Source: Octopus sinensis (taxonomy: Eukaryota). From it: a DNA stretch of 64,000 nt. The first letter of the stretch is position 1, and each line of letters begins with the position of its first letter. A program made the translations under genes and the position numbers. The DNA lies in contig NC_043020.1 in the NCBI RefSeq assembly GCF_006345805.1, forward strand, positions 26,350,001 to 26,414,000, given 5' to 3'. Shown in pieces: positions 13,418-26,047 of this stretch. The notes beneath the pieces were generated by a model that saw only the letters and a list, made by a program, of their open reading frames with translations, was not told where the DNA came from and did not search any database.

Positions 13418-15620
13418 TGTGTGTATATATGTATATATATTCACCCTCTCTGTATTTATGTCTCTTTCTCACTACACATACCTATATATATGTATGTGTG
13501 TGTATATGCGTGTGCGGTTCTATATACATCTATACGCTCGCACCTGACACAATTAGTATCTCCCACCTCTGCTTTGCCTTTCAAACATCACCTCTCACCG
13601 CCACCACACCATCACCACAGCTGCAACCACCTCAGTACTGCATTGCTATTGCTGCTCCCCCTCCCCTTTTCCGTGACTACCTGTACTCCTCCCGCCACTA
13701 CCACCACTCATCTCTGCTCCCGCCTCTACCGCGCCTACTGCCACCGCTACCACCACTGCGGCTGTTACTGCTTGCTACCACTTCTACTGCGACCTTTGCC
13801 GCCACCGCCACCACCGTCGTGACTATTACACCCTCCACCACCACCACCACCATGGCGACTATTGTAGCAGCCACCACCACCGCCACCATCATTGTGACTA
13901 TCGCAGGGGTTACTACTACGTCTATTACAACTACTTCCACTACCACCACGATTGTGACTATTACAGGTGTTACTACTACCCTTATAATCGCTACTGCCAC
14001 CGCTACCACCTTTGTGACTATTACAGCTGTTGCTACTACTTCAGTCACAACTACTGCTACTACTACCACAATTGTGACTATTACAGCTACCACCACCACC
14101 ACCACCGCTACTGCGATCATCGCTGCTACCACTTCTATCGCAACTACTCCTACCGCTACTGCTCCCACCTCTATGAGTGTGACGTGCTCTCTGTTGCTGC
14201 TACCACCTCTATCGCTCCTACTGTTACCGCTACCGCCACTTTACCGCGTAGCTTCACACACACACACACACACACATACATACATACACACATATTTGCT
14301 ACTACCTCTATTTATTTACCTGCCACTACCACTCTCTTAGTTATTCTACCGCCGCGCTTTCCACATCCACCACCACCGACCACTTGTACGTTCTGCACAA
14401 GCGAATTGCTTACTACTACTACAATCTACCAATATTATTAGTACTACTACTGTAACCACCACGATCACAATCATCCCTAACTATAACCAGCGAAACTACA
14501 GCCTATACGTTCGCTTCCATCACCACCGCAACTAAAATACGGCTTCTACAACCACCGCCACCATCATCTTCATGTAGCCTGCTCCTCCACCATCCCCATC
14601 ACTATTCATACTATAACCACCACATCACTATTACTACTACTGCTACTGAAAGTACCACCGTTGCTAGTATCACAACAATAATCATCATCACAACCAACAC
14701 CACCACCACTTCTACCGCAACCACTACCTACACCACCACCACTATTGCTATACTGTGATCGCCACTGCCACTATCACCAGTGAAACCATTTTCACTACCA
14801 TCACCGTGACCACAACGGCGACCACCACTACCACTACCACATCTACTACTACTACTACCACCACTACTACTACTACTTCCACCACAACCACCACCACCAC
14901 CACCACAACCACCACCACCACCACCACCTTCTAAAACCATCTTCGCCAGCGTCACAAATTCGACCCTCACCACTCCAACCGTAACCGCTACCACCACCGC
15001 TACTAATACTTACAAACCACCACCACCACCCATACCACTGTCGCCACTACTACAGCTTCGACTGCTGCTGCTGGTACTACTACTACTGCTACTACCGCCG
15101 CCACCACTACCCTCTCTGCTCACCTGCCTTGTTATAACAACACCTGACTTTGTTTCTTCGCTTATTCCACCAGCATCAACAACGCCTCCTCTCTCCCTCC
15201 CTCCCACCGTGACCACCACCACGACCAACCTTACTCCTACCACCACCACTACGACCAATACCACTTTCGCCAGCGCTGCGACCTCCCCCCTCCTGTTACT
15301 CCTACCACCACTACGTTTTTTACTCCTCCTCCTACTCCGTCGACCACCACTACCTCCGTCGCCACCACCACCATGACCACCACTACAGTGACTGTCATAT
15401 TTGTGTCAGGTGCTTGTCCGCTTCCTCCTCCTCCTCTCACCTATTCTGTCCTTCTAAACATGGCTGCTATTAGTAATGTACTAACACCTCGACTGCATTA
15501 TAAAATTACGATGACCACACAACACACCTGTACTACTGCCCGTACCACAACTATGTTCTATCAACATTACCACTACCACCACCATCACCACCACCAACTA
15601 TTACTAGTAGTATTATAGTC
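12865..15620. repeat. Long (ACT/ACC/CAC) cryptic low-complexity region with a ~60-bp unit at ~13890-14090
   Basis: ttgtgactattacag recurs at ~13952, 14012 and 14072. Confidence 0.85.
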
Positions 15621-15807
15621 GTTGCACTACAAGCAGCATGTCTGCTACTACAGTCTGCGTGGTCGGTCGAATGGTTAGAAATAGCAGCCAAAAACCATCC
15701 GAAGCATACCATTCCATACGACACGCGTCTTAGGCTAGAAATAGCAGTGAAATATCTCGTTCATTGCAACCCTACCATTTTAGAAAAGAACGCATCAGAT
15801 AACATGC

Positions 15808-16229
15808 GGATCTTTTCGGTTTGAACGGCTGTTTTTAACATAATTTCCACGTAACTAAACACTTTTAAACTTCGTATACTGGTAGAATGTGTTTATAAAA
15901 CATCTTTTTCTCTTTACTTTATTGAGAAAATTCTATGGTTTGTAAGATATTTGTTGATTTTTTTTCTTCAATTTCTGCAATTTCAACCAATCACTGACGT
16001 CTATTGAGGTAAAAAAAAAAAAACCATTCTGTGCCGTATGAATATGTCCCTCGTTTAAAAAACAGATTGGGTTTATTTACATTTCTGAAGAAAAAAAAGA
16101 TACCCTTCACCCCACCCCTAACCCTAAAACAGATTGAAATGCAATAGATCGATACTAGGGTCATAATTATGGGTGACAATTTTATATGACACCGCTAGAC
16201 AAAAACTGCCGTTCAAACCCAAAAGATCC
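15808..16229. mobile_element. Non-autonomous DNA transposon (MITE) with 29-bp TIRs and an 8-bp TSD
   Basis: Left TIR GGATCTTTTCGGTTTGAACGGCTGTTTTT; the right TIR matches with 2 mismatches. TSD TAACATGC at 15800-15807 and 16230-16237. Confidence 0.92.
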
Positions 16230-16414
16230 TAACATGCTGTATAATATGCACACTGGAAATAGACGGGGGTGGTCATGCCTGGAATGACTCAGAGCAGACC
16301 TATGGTTAAGCAACAACAATACTCGCCACCGACTCCACCCCCACCTTCAACAAACTACGCCAACTTTGAATTCAAGAGTTGTGGAACTTTATAGTAAATG
16401 TACATAATTATGGA

Positions 16415-16830
16415 CAGGCTTGGCTGTGTGGTAAGAGGCTTGCTTCCCAACTACATGGTTCTGGGTTCAATCCTATTGCATGACATCTTTGACAAGTGTC
16501 TTTTATTATAGCTTTGAGCCGACCAAAGCTTTGTCAGTGGATTTGGCAAACGGAAACTGGAAGAAGCCCGTCGTATATATATAATGTGTCTGTGTATATA
16601 TATGTATATGTGTGTGTGTATTTATACATGTAATGCGTGTTTATATATATGTATATATACGCGTATGCTTATATATGTGTGTGTTTGTGTCCCACGATTG
16701 CTTGACAACCGGTGTTGGTGTGTTTACGTCTCCGTAACTTAGCGGTTCGGCAAAAGGAGAACTGAAATCGATTCGATAGGTTTTATCTTCTTCAAGGCGG
16801 TGCCCCAGCGTGGCCGCAGTCTAATGAGTA
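16415..16830 (+). mobile_element. Family A SINE with internal (TA/TG)n
   Basis: Head ggcttggctgtgtggtaagaggcttgcttccc; tail gtgccccagcgtggccgcagtc. Confidence 0.85.
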
Positions 16831-17979
16831 AAAGAATATATATTAATACGCTAATTGACACAAGTTGTGGTTGTTTGTTCGCTTGTTTTCACGTCAGTTT
16901 TTCCATGCCGTCATGGGTTAGACAAACACATGCTTTTCCTGTTGCTAACCCTTACCTGTGTGGTTACATTTTTTTTTTTTTTGCTCCAAGGCCAAGGGAT
17001 GATCTGTTGATGGGGATACGTCAACAATATCACTGCTTGTAGCTCAGAAATTTTCGAAGGTGTGCAAATGTTGCACAGACACACATACACACACACGATG
17101 TACTTCTTTTCTTTCTTTCTTTCTGTCGGGTTTTCTATGTTTTAAACGAATATATTGTTGAGACACTTTTAGCTGGATACTCTTCCTGTTGTCAATTCTC
17201 ATTTATTTTTTTGCTTTTTTTTTTACAGACATAACTGATCGATCGGTTAACCGAATAAACAATCGATTAGTTAACTGGTGTTAGTATTTAACTAATTGAC
17301 AAATAATACAGAAGTGAAATAGATCCAGTGCGTGTGTTTTATTTGCGTAATGACCCTCCCAAAATGTTGCATTTTAGGAGGGTCTGTCTTTTTATCAATC
17401 TATCTATCAATCTATCTGTCTTTCTATCAAACTATCTATCTATATGTCTGCCTGCTTATCTATCTTTCTGTCTGTATGTCTGTCTGTCTTTTTTCAATCC
17501 ATCCATCCATCTATCAAATTCGGTCACCAGGATTGATCATTGGTCAGGCCGGGGCTATAGAAGAAGACCCTTGCCCAAAGTGCCACGCACTGGGACTGAA
17601 CCCCAAATCACATGGTTGCGAAACGAGCGTCTTAACGACACAGTCATGCCTTCGCTTACGGAAAACCCTTCGGGATCTTTTCCAATATCGACACGACTTA
17701 GTTTAGCCTCTGTAAATATCCAGTCTTTTTTTTATTTCTTAAAAGATAAACTTGGTGAATTTGAGATCAAAAAGAAAAAAAATGACTTTACCATCTCTTC
17801 GTATTATTTGAAATTTATTTTATAAATTTAATTTCGAAAAATATAGGAAACATCTGCAACAAATTTTGAATTTTTCTCAAATTCTTTAAACGGCTAACTT
17901 CATCGTCTGTGAAACCTGCTTTCGATTTTTAAACCTCTGTAACTTTTTTCTCCATTTTTCTTCCTCCACAACATCATAC

Positions 17980-18040
17980 CTTCAAGGCAATAAGACTGGA
18001 AGACTACATTATTATAGCCGATTTTCAGATTTTTGACTTC
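17980..18040 (-). CDS. Weak candidate minus-strand exon (EVKNLKIGYNNVVFQSYCLE-G)
   Basis: AG acceptor after tttttaaa, AAG|gtatga donor, open frame. No homology recognised and no partner exon established. Confidence 0.2.
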
Positions 18041-18343
18041 CTTTTAAAAACTGTATATTTTGCGAATGCAAAAGAAAAGACTAGTATCACTGTTGATTCT
18101 ACATCAGTGATATATTTTTTTTTTAAGTCGGTCTTTTTCTGAAATCGACAACAAGAAAAAGAGGTCTGGATATTTTTTCAGGAATGTAGAGATTTTTTCA
18201 GTACAGAAGTGTGAAAAATAAGCACCTGGTTGATACATGAGGAAGACTGTCACTTTAAAATCCACAGCCAGACTTCAATAAAAATCCTTGTGATTGTCAC
18301 TTTTACACACAAAAGTGTTTATGTGTGTGTGTTAAAAATTCAG

Positions 18344-18410
18344 TGTTATGCGACTCCAGCGAGAGCAATATTTGATGCAGCTTATAAAGGGTTAATAATA
18401 AACACTTCCG
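18344..18410 (+). CDS. Candidate exon (CYATPARAIFDAAYKGLIINTS-G)
   Basis: cag acceptor with a weak pyrimidine tract, CCG|gtatgt donor, open phase 0->1, unique sequence. Confidence 0.3.
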
Positions 18411-18474
18411 GTATGTAAATTAGGGACCCCTTTACAGAGTAACTGCTGCATTTGTTGAGTATATAAACATATAT

Positions 18475-18825
18475 ACAGGCGCAGGAGTGGCTGTGTGGTA
18501 AGTAGCTTGCTAACCAACCACATGGTTCCGGGTTCAGTCCCACTGCGTGGCATCTTGGGCAAGTGTCTTCTGCTGTAGCCCCGGGCCGACCAATGCCTTG
18601 TGAGTGGATTTGGTAGACGGAAACTGAATGAAGCATGTCGTATATATGTATGTGTGTGTGTTTGTCCCCCTAGCATTGCTTGACAACCGATGCTGGTGTG
18701 TTTACGTCCCCGTCACTTAGTGGTTCGGCAAAAGAGACCGATAGAATCAGTCCCGGAGTCGATTTGCTTGACTAAAGGCGGTGCTCCAGCATGGCCGCAG
18801 TCAAATGACTGAAGAAAGTAAAATA
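18475..18825 (+). mobile_element. Near full-length family A tRNA-derived SINE
   Basis: tRNA-like A/B boxes (tggctgtgtggt...ggttcagtcc), internal (TA)(TG)n, tail gcatggccgcagtcaaatgactgaa. This is the best copy in the window. Confidence 0.92.
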
Positions 18826-19668
18826 GTAATATAAACAGTTTGGCTGCTTGTTTCTCTGGAGACTGTCAGAAAGACGTGGACACCTGATGAGAACCCAATA
18901 AGTAACTGCTAATTAATCTAATGGTTTTGTCAATGACGTATATATATAATCCGTATTTGTGGGTCAACAAGGCAACCAAAGGTTTCATGTGAAAGGAACT
19001 TCACAATTGTTCAAGGATGCCACATGGAAGTGTTGGTACTCCTCACTATTTTGGGTGAGAATACTGATATTAACGTGTGTGTGTGTGTGTGTGTGTGTGC
19101 ATATATGTATGTATGCGTATATATATATATATATATACATGTGTGTGTGTGCTGCTCCAGCATGGCCGCAGTCAAATGACTGAAACCAATAAAAGAATAA
19201 TAGAATACGTATATATATATATGTGTGTGTATATGTATGTCTATATATAATGTGTATATTTGTGTGTGTATATATACATACACACCCACACATATGTACA
19301 TGTGTGTGTATGTATGTAAGTTAATGAAGAAACGAAATGAATGGAAAGCGATGGGAAGCTGCCAAAATGTGGTGGGAGTGTTATACACAGGTTGTCTCCC
19401 CCTCTCTCACTTTCTCGTCTTCCTGTGCTCTCTCCTCCTCCTGTATACACACGCGCGCGCGTACACACAACTCATAAACATGTACATTAATATCTACACA
19501 CATACGTATGTGTATATACACACACGAACATATATATATATACACACACACACACATGCATACATACGTGCACATGCATACATACATACACACGCACACA
19601 TACATGCATACATATGCATACACACTTACACACATATATGCACATACATGCATATCTACGTGCACTTC

Positions 19669-19744
<76 letters not shown>

Positions 19745-19752
19745 GCCATCTG

Positions 19753-19827
<75 letters not shown>

Positions 19828-20424
19828 GTTTATCTCTGTCTGTCTATCTATCTGTCTGTCTATATATCTATCTCTCAATTTGTCTATCTATCTATCTAGC
19901 TACACTTGTACACATACAAATATATACACGTTCATATTTTCATACATACATATATATATATATGCATACACATGCGTAACTACGTGCATATCTCCTCCAC
20001 CTATCTATCGACCTTTCTACAATTGAAAAATAGGATAAAAATCTATCTATCTTCTATCTTTCTATATAAAACTATACACTCACACACACACGTACTCACA
20101 AACACGTGTTTTGCTCACCTCTTTCTAGCTTCTATCATTTCTCTGCAGCCACACTGGGGCCTCCATTTTAAAGGCTTCCTTTATGTTTCTTTTTTGTTTG
20201 TTTTTCTTCATCTCAGCCCTATTGATCCTATGCCCCCCCCCTCTCCACTTTGATGCTTATCGATTTTTTCCTAAAATGGCCGTATTCTACTTTCTGACAC
20301 AACACCGTTTATTTATTTATGAATTTAATTATTCATTCGTCAATAAACGCATCTACGCATGTGCGGTACAGAATCTCACTTTCCAACCACACACATAGCA
20401 TCAAGTTCAGTCCCGCTGCGCGGC

Positions 20425-20640
20425 GCGTCGTACAAACTGATGAATGCTCTGAACAGCAGCTTATACTTCTCAGTACTTCTCCTACTGATGTTTCACCAGG
20501 AAAATGGCATCAGTCGTACTTGTTCCGAGTACAAACCGAGTTCATAAGCTAACGTTCCTCTGTTTTTCAATCCAACTCTAAACTTTCTTCCTTGACTTTC
20601 GTAACCAGGTCCAACAATTTGATACTTTTATATTCACTTC
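20425..20640 (-). pseudogene. Decayed RTE-clade LINE reverse transcriptase fragment
   Basis: Minus strand reads YKSIKLLDLVTKV... and GTSTTDAIFLVKHQ*EKY*, matching the RTE RT motifs YRGIKLL and STTDAIFxVRQLQEK, with stops. Confidence 0.8.
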
Positions 20641-20811
20641 CCTCTAAAGCAGTGTTTCTCAACCTTTTTACCCTTGCGTAACCCTTAAATTAGATTACAT
20701 GTCTCCTGGAACCCATGGACACACACACACACCACACACACAAAAATTATATACCATATCTTTCACGTACTTTTTTCATCGTAGTTCACGTGGTAAATAT
20801 ATATATATATA

Positions 20812-21075
20812 TATAATCAAAAATAAGCAACGAGAATAACTTCGGTAATTTGGTACGATCGTTTCACGCTACATCACTTTATTAAATATTGTAAGTATTA
20901 CGACAGTTTTAAAATGTTGAGCAATCGTCAGCCATTAATAGAGGTTTAAATTATGGCTGATGATTGCTCAACATTTTAAAACTGTTGTAATACTTACAAT
21001 ATTTAATAAAATGATGTAGCGTGAACGATCGTACCAAATTACCGAAGTTATTCTTGTTCCTTATTTTTGATTATA
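20812..21075. mobile_element. Foldback MITE with ~124-bp inverted arms and a 17-nt loop
   Basis: Arms 20812-20935 and 20953-21075 differ by 5 substitutions and 1 indel. Ends are in a TA context. A diverged half-copy lies at ~38375-38490. Confidence 0.9.
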
Positions 21076-21403
21076 ATCACCCCATGGATTTATATGGATA
21101 ACACCGTACAAAATTCTGGTGCATCTAACTTAAGTACCATATTCATTTGAATCTAAATTTTGCTGAACTTATATATACATACTAAGACTCCCTTCAGTCA
21201 TGACTGACCATGGGATTGCACCTAGAAAGTTACCCTCCCAGGTACAAGTCCGGGCAAGGTATGTATGTATGTATGTATGTATGTATGTATGTATGTAGTC
21301 AATTAAGAAAACACAGAAAAAAGTAAAGGAAAAAACAAACGAACGTGTAGACGTAGCGCAAGCAATGTGTTAATAAGACGCTCAGAGAAAGAAAAGAGTA
21401 GTA

Positions 21404-21438
21404 GTTTTACGTTTCGAGCATAGCTCTTCTTCGGAAAC
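21404..21438 (-). ncRNA. Minimal hammerhead motif, U4C variant
   Basis: Minus strand reads GTTT-CCGAAGA-A-GAGC-TAT-GCTC-GAAA-CG-TA-AAAC. Confidence 0.65.
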
Positions 21439-22439
21439 GGGAAAAATAGGAAAGTTCAAGATGAAAGAGGAAAAAAATCACCAACAATCACGGTTACATT
21501 TTTGAAGTGACCAGAAGTAGAAGGAATGAAGAGAAAGTGATGCGTGTGTATACGCACCTATAAATGCATGTGCATACAAATGTATGTGTGTGCATATATC
21601 ATTAATACATTTTGTAAAAGAAATGGAATCTGTTTGTTCATATATAATAAAAATTTGACTTAGAACTAATAATGATCTTTATAGTGTATGTGTGTGTGTG
21701 TGTAAGGATAAGTGCTAGCCACAGGGAGGGCATCCGGGCATAGAAAACCTGCCCGTCCGAGCCAAGAATGCATTGAAAAGTGGACGATAGAACGATCATG
21801 ATTGATGGTGTGTATATCTGTCTGTCTATCTATCTATCAATGTTTCTGTCTGTCTGTCTGTCTCTATCTGTCTCTCTGTATGTCCATCTATACCATCCAT
21901 CCATCCATCCATCCATCTATCTGTCTAGGTAGCTAGATATACTATCTGTCTGTCTGTCATCAACTGTTTCAAGTATCACTTGAAAAGGAAAGTGAAAGTA
22001 GAGAGGCAAGTTTTGTCTAGTGAATGTTTCAAAAAAAGATGGGTGAATGTCGCAAGGATGGCGCGTATGAATGACGAAACCACCTTAAGCATAATCCTAT
22101 GAACCCGGAAAAATTTAAAACAGAGGGTTTCCTACTTGCAAACGAATGTGATCTTTTCTGTAGGCTTTTCTTCCCACGGATAAACCTTATATGCTTCCCC
22201 CTTTACACTTTACACCATGACACTGATATATGATCCCTATTGATCGTTTTTTTCCCCTTTTTTTTTCTATTTCTTCTTTCCCTTTTACGATCCCTTTTAA
22301 TCGAAAACCTAACACCCACCCCTTTTTTTTATTTTTTATTTTATTTTATTTTCTCTCCCCCAAAAGAAAAGCTCTACTTTGTAATCTGTCCCGTCTGTGT
22401 GCAGCCCTGTGGCTAATAAAGAAACATCATCCTCCACCC

Positions 22440-22511
22440 ACCCACCCCATACCTACCCACCCACCTACCTATCTATCTATCTATCTATCTATCTTCTATC
22501 TATCATCTATC

Positions 22512-22554
<43 letters not shown>

Positions 22555-22633
22555 CTATCTTCTATCTATCTATCTATTATCTATCTATCTAATCTATCTA
22601 TCTACATACGTACGTACCTATCTACCTATCTAC

Positions 22634-22664
<31 letters not shown>

Positions 22665-22745
22665 GCTACATACGTACCTATCTACCTATCTATCTATCTA
22701 TCCATCTGTCTATCTATCTATCTATCTATCCACCCACCCACCCAC
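22440..22745. repeat. (TATC)n/(CCAC)n microsatellite
   Basis: Directly visible. Confidence 0.95.
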
Positions 22746-23465
22746 CCACCTGTCTGCCTATCTTTACATTGCTTAAATACACACACATACACACACGTGT
22801 GTGTGTGTGTGTGTGTGCATTTATATGCAGTACGATTATTATTGTCCTCATATTTGTGTATAGAATTAATATGTAACTGTTACACACAGCTGCGCGCGCG
22901 CGCAGAGCTAATACCAAATTACCTAGAATAAATTGATTTATAAATATCAACCTCATCTTTCCGAGTCAGCGTGGCGCCCTTTGTACGCATGATCGACCCT
23001 GCTAGAAATAACAGGCAAGTCTCCGATGAGGTGCCCGCTATAAACTTGCAAAAATGTGGTGATGGTGGTGGTGGTGGTGGTCTCGACTGGAAGGCTTCGT
23101 TTGTGAATCTGCACGCTTAGCATTTATCTGGAGCTAAATAACAACAACTCTTTGTCGACGACGCTAATATATAATAGCATAGTTCGCCGCTTTATCCGCA
23201 TAAAAGCTGTTATGCATTGATTAAATAGATTTAGTTCAACAATGTTCACATGCTGTGTATCTCTCTCTCATTCACACACACACACACACACACACGGTGA
23301 CAGAGGGTGTGCAGACGTGAGCATACGAGCAATCACGAGTGTTGTGTGTTTTGTGAGTGTGAGCGCGTCGTTGTTTATATTAAACAAAACGGCGGGAATA
23401 CGCGCACACAGAAATAAAAAAAACTTAATTAATAGCTAAATTGATTAATAAATGAACACACAACC

Positions 23466-24165
23466 TATTTCTTTACTACCTACAAGGGGCTAAACATAGA
23501 GTGGACAAACAAGGACAGACAAAGGGATTAAGTCGATTATATCGACCTCAGTGCACAACTGGTACTTATTTAATCGACCCCGAAAGGATGAAAGGCAAAG
23601 TCGACCTCGGTGGAATTTGAACTCAGAACATAACGGCAGACGAAATACCTCTAAGCATTTCGCCCGGCGCGCTAACGTTTCTGCCAGCTCACCGCCATTG
23701 AACACACAACCACACACACACACACTTTATGGAATCTATATACGCTGATGAACGTAAAGAGCAGGGAACAAAAGAATGAGTGGGACTACGAATGAGATAT
23801 GAATGAGGTTCGAACGAACGAACGAGCGAATGAAAGAAATGTCTCTCTTTCCGTCTCTTTCTCATCCAAACACACACACACACACACACCACTCTCTTTC
23901 CTCGCGCACATTCACACACACTCACAATATATATATATATTTCTTTATTACCCACAAGGGGCTAAACACAGAGGGGACAAACAAGGACAGACAATGGGAT
24001 TAATTCGATTACATCGACCCCAGTGCGAAACTGGTACTTTATTTATTGACCCCCGAAAGGATGAAAGGCAAAGTCGACCTCGGCGTAATTTGAACTCAGA
24101 ACGTAACGACAGACGAATTACCGCTAAGCATTTCGCCCGGCGCGCTAACGTTTCTGCCAGCACGC
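23466..24165 (-). mobile_element. Two copies of SINE family B (head ggcggcgagctggcagaaacgttagc; core gaggtcgactttgcctttcatcctttcggggtcgat)
   Basis: Copies at ~23466-23697 and ~23940-24165. Other copies at ~25730-25890, 29420-30135 (three), 31330-31530, 32445-32620, 52880-53290 (dimer) and 54800-54900. Confidence 0.9.
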
Positions 24166-24554
24166 CGCCTTGAGAGTAAATATAGCAGATGGAAACGCTG
24201 TGGAAGCCTGTCATATATGTGTACGTGTGTGTGTATGTGTGAGAATGTGTGTGTATATATATATATATATGTATAGCCTTGTGCAGCCATCAGGTTCGCC
24301 AGTCCTCAGTCAAATCGTCCAACCCATGCTAGCATGGAAAGCGGACGTTAAACGATGATGATGATGATATATATATATATATATATGAAATCTTTGCTAT
24401 ATATAGTTTTGGAAAAACATAAATCCGGTGAAGAAGCACACTCTAAGAAGCAGAGTGAAGGCCAGTTTATGGGGTTACCTTAGGTTTCCCGTCCATAAAG
24501 GGTTTAACTTTATGGCGCATCGTCAGACTCCAAGACATGTTTGGCCTATGATAT

Positions 24555-24809
24555 CTTTTTCAAAGAGGTCAAAGGTCAACGGGGACGTAAACACATCAAC
24601 ATCAGTTCTCAAGCGATGGTGGGGGGGGGGGCTGTAGAAACACACACGACAGGCTTCTTTCAGTATCCGTCAACAAAATCCACTCACAAAGCTTTAGCTG
24701 GTCCGAGGTTGTTGTAGAAGATACTTGTGCAAGATGCCACGCAGTGGGACTGAACCCTGAACCTTGTGGTTGGGAAGCAAGCTTCTTACCACACAGCCAC
24801 GCCTGTGCC

Positions 24810-24854
<45 letters not shown>

Positions 24855-25100
24855 TTTTACTTGTTTCAGTCATTTGACTGCGGCCATGCTGGAGCACCGC
24901 CTTTATTCGAGCAAATCGACCCCGGAACTTATTCTTTGTAAGCCCAGTACTTATTCTATCGGTCTTTTTTGCCGAACCGCTAGGTGACGGCGACGTAAAC
25001 ACACCAGTATTGGTTGTCAAGCAATGCTAGGGGGACAAACACAGACACACAAACATATACTCACTCTCACACACACACACACATATACATATATATATAT

Positions 25101-25144
<44 letters not shown>

Positions 25145-25310
25145 CATATATACGACAGGCTTCTTTCAGTTTCCATCTACCAATCCACTCACAAGGCCTT
25201 GGTCGGTCCGAGGCTATAGTAGACGACACTTGCCCAAGGTGCCACGCAGTGGGACTGAACCCGGAACCATGTGGTTGGTTAGCAAGCTACTTACCACACA
25301 CCCACTCCTG
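24555..25310 (-). mobile_element. Two family A SINEs
   Basis: Reverse complement of the consensus; the 24855-25310 copy is nearly complete. Confidence 0.88.
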
Positions 25311-25560
25311 CATAATCAGTCCCTCGCTTGTCCAACTACACGGATTCGTGTTACGTAGACATACGGCCACATAAAAAACAGACACAGCTATATAACCAAA
25401 CAAACGCACACACACACACACACACATTTATTAAGAAGCCTTTAACCCGCCTCCCTTAATATCTGTGTAAGGGTGGTAAGTGCGTTACACTGTGTGTATG
25501 TGCGTCTGTGTAAGAGTTGTTGCCCTTGCATTAAGCCTCTGAAATTTTGTCCTTCCACAG

Positions 25561-25629
25561 ATATACGGAGACACGCGCACATTCTTGTCTACTATAACGG
25601 AATTCCTGTTATTCTTTGTTTCGTTTTGG
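25561..25629 (+). other. Candidate 69-nt exon preceded by a candidate 85-nt intron (25476-25560)
   Basis: GTG|gtaagt donor, ttttgtccttccacag acceptor, TGG|gtatat donor. Open in two frames (IYGDTRTFLSTITEFLLFFVSFW or DIRRHAHILVYYNGIPVILCFVL). Confidence 0.4.
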
Positions 25630-25630
25630 G

Positions 25631-25661
<31 letters not shown>

Positions 25662-26013
25662 ATGTGACAGAGAGAGAGAGATTGATTTGGATATTGATTG
25701 GAAAATAGTTTTTGCGTGTTTTATCACGCTCTGAGTTCAAATCACGCCGAGGTCGACTTTGCCTTTCATCCTTTCGGGGTCGATAAATAAAGTACCAGTT
25801 TCGCACTGGGGTCGATATAATCGGCTTAATCTCTTTGTCTGTCCTTGTTTGTCCCCTCTATGTTTATCCCCTTGTGGGCAATAAAGAAATATATATACTG
25901 AAGGCGTACGCTCGTGTGTGTGTGTGTGTGTGTCTGTGTAAGTGTGTATACGTTAGTATATATATTGTGCGACGTGAGTGTGTGTTTGTGTATGTATGCA
26001 TGTGTGTGTGTGT

Positions 26014-26047
<34 letters not shown>

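Noticed and set aside
18404-18413. ETS/GABP motif CCGGAAGT on the minus strand as a promoter
   Set aside because: It overlaps a candidate donor (CCG|gtatgt) and has no other promoter support.
18980-19064. Candidate exon ending TGG|gtgaga (GNQRFHVKGTSQLFKDATWKCWYSSLFW)
   Set aside because: Good donor but no pyrimidine tract at the acceptor; phase compatibility with its neighbours may be chance.
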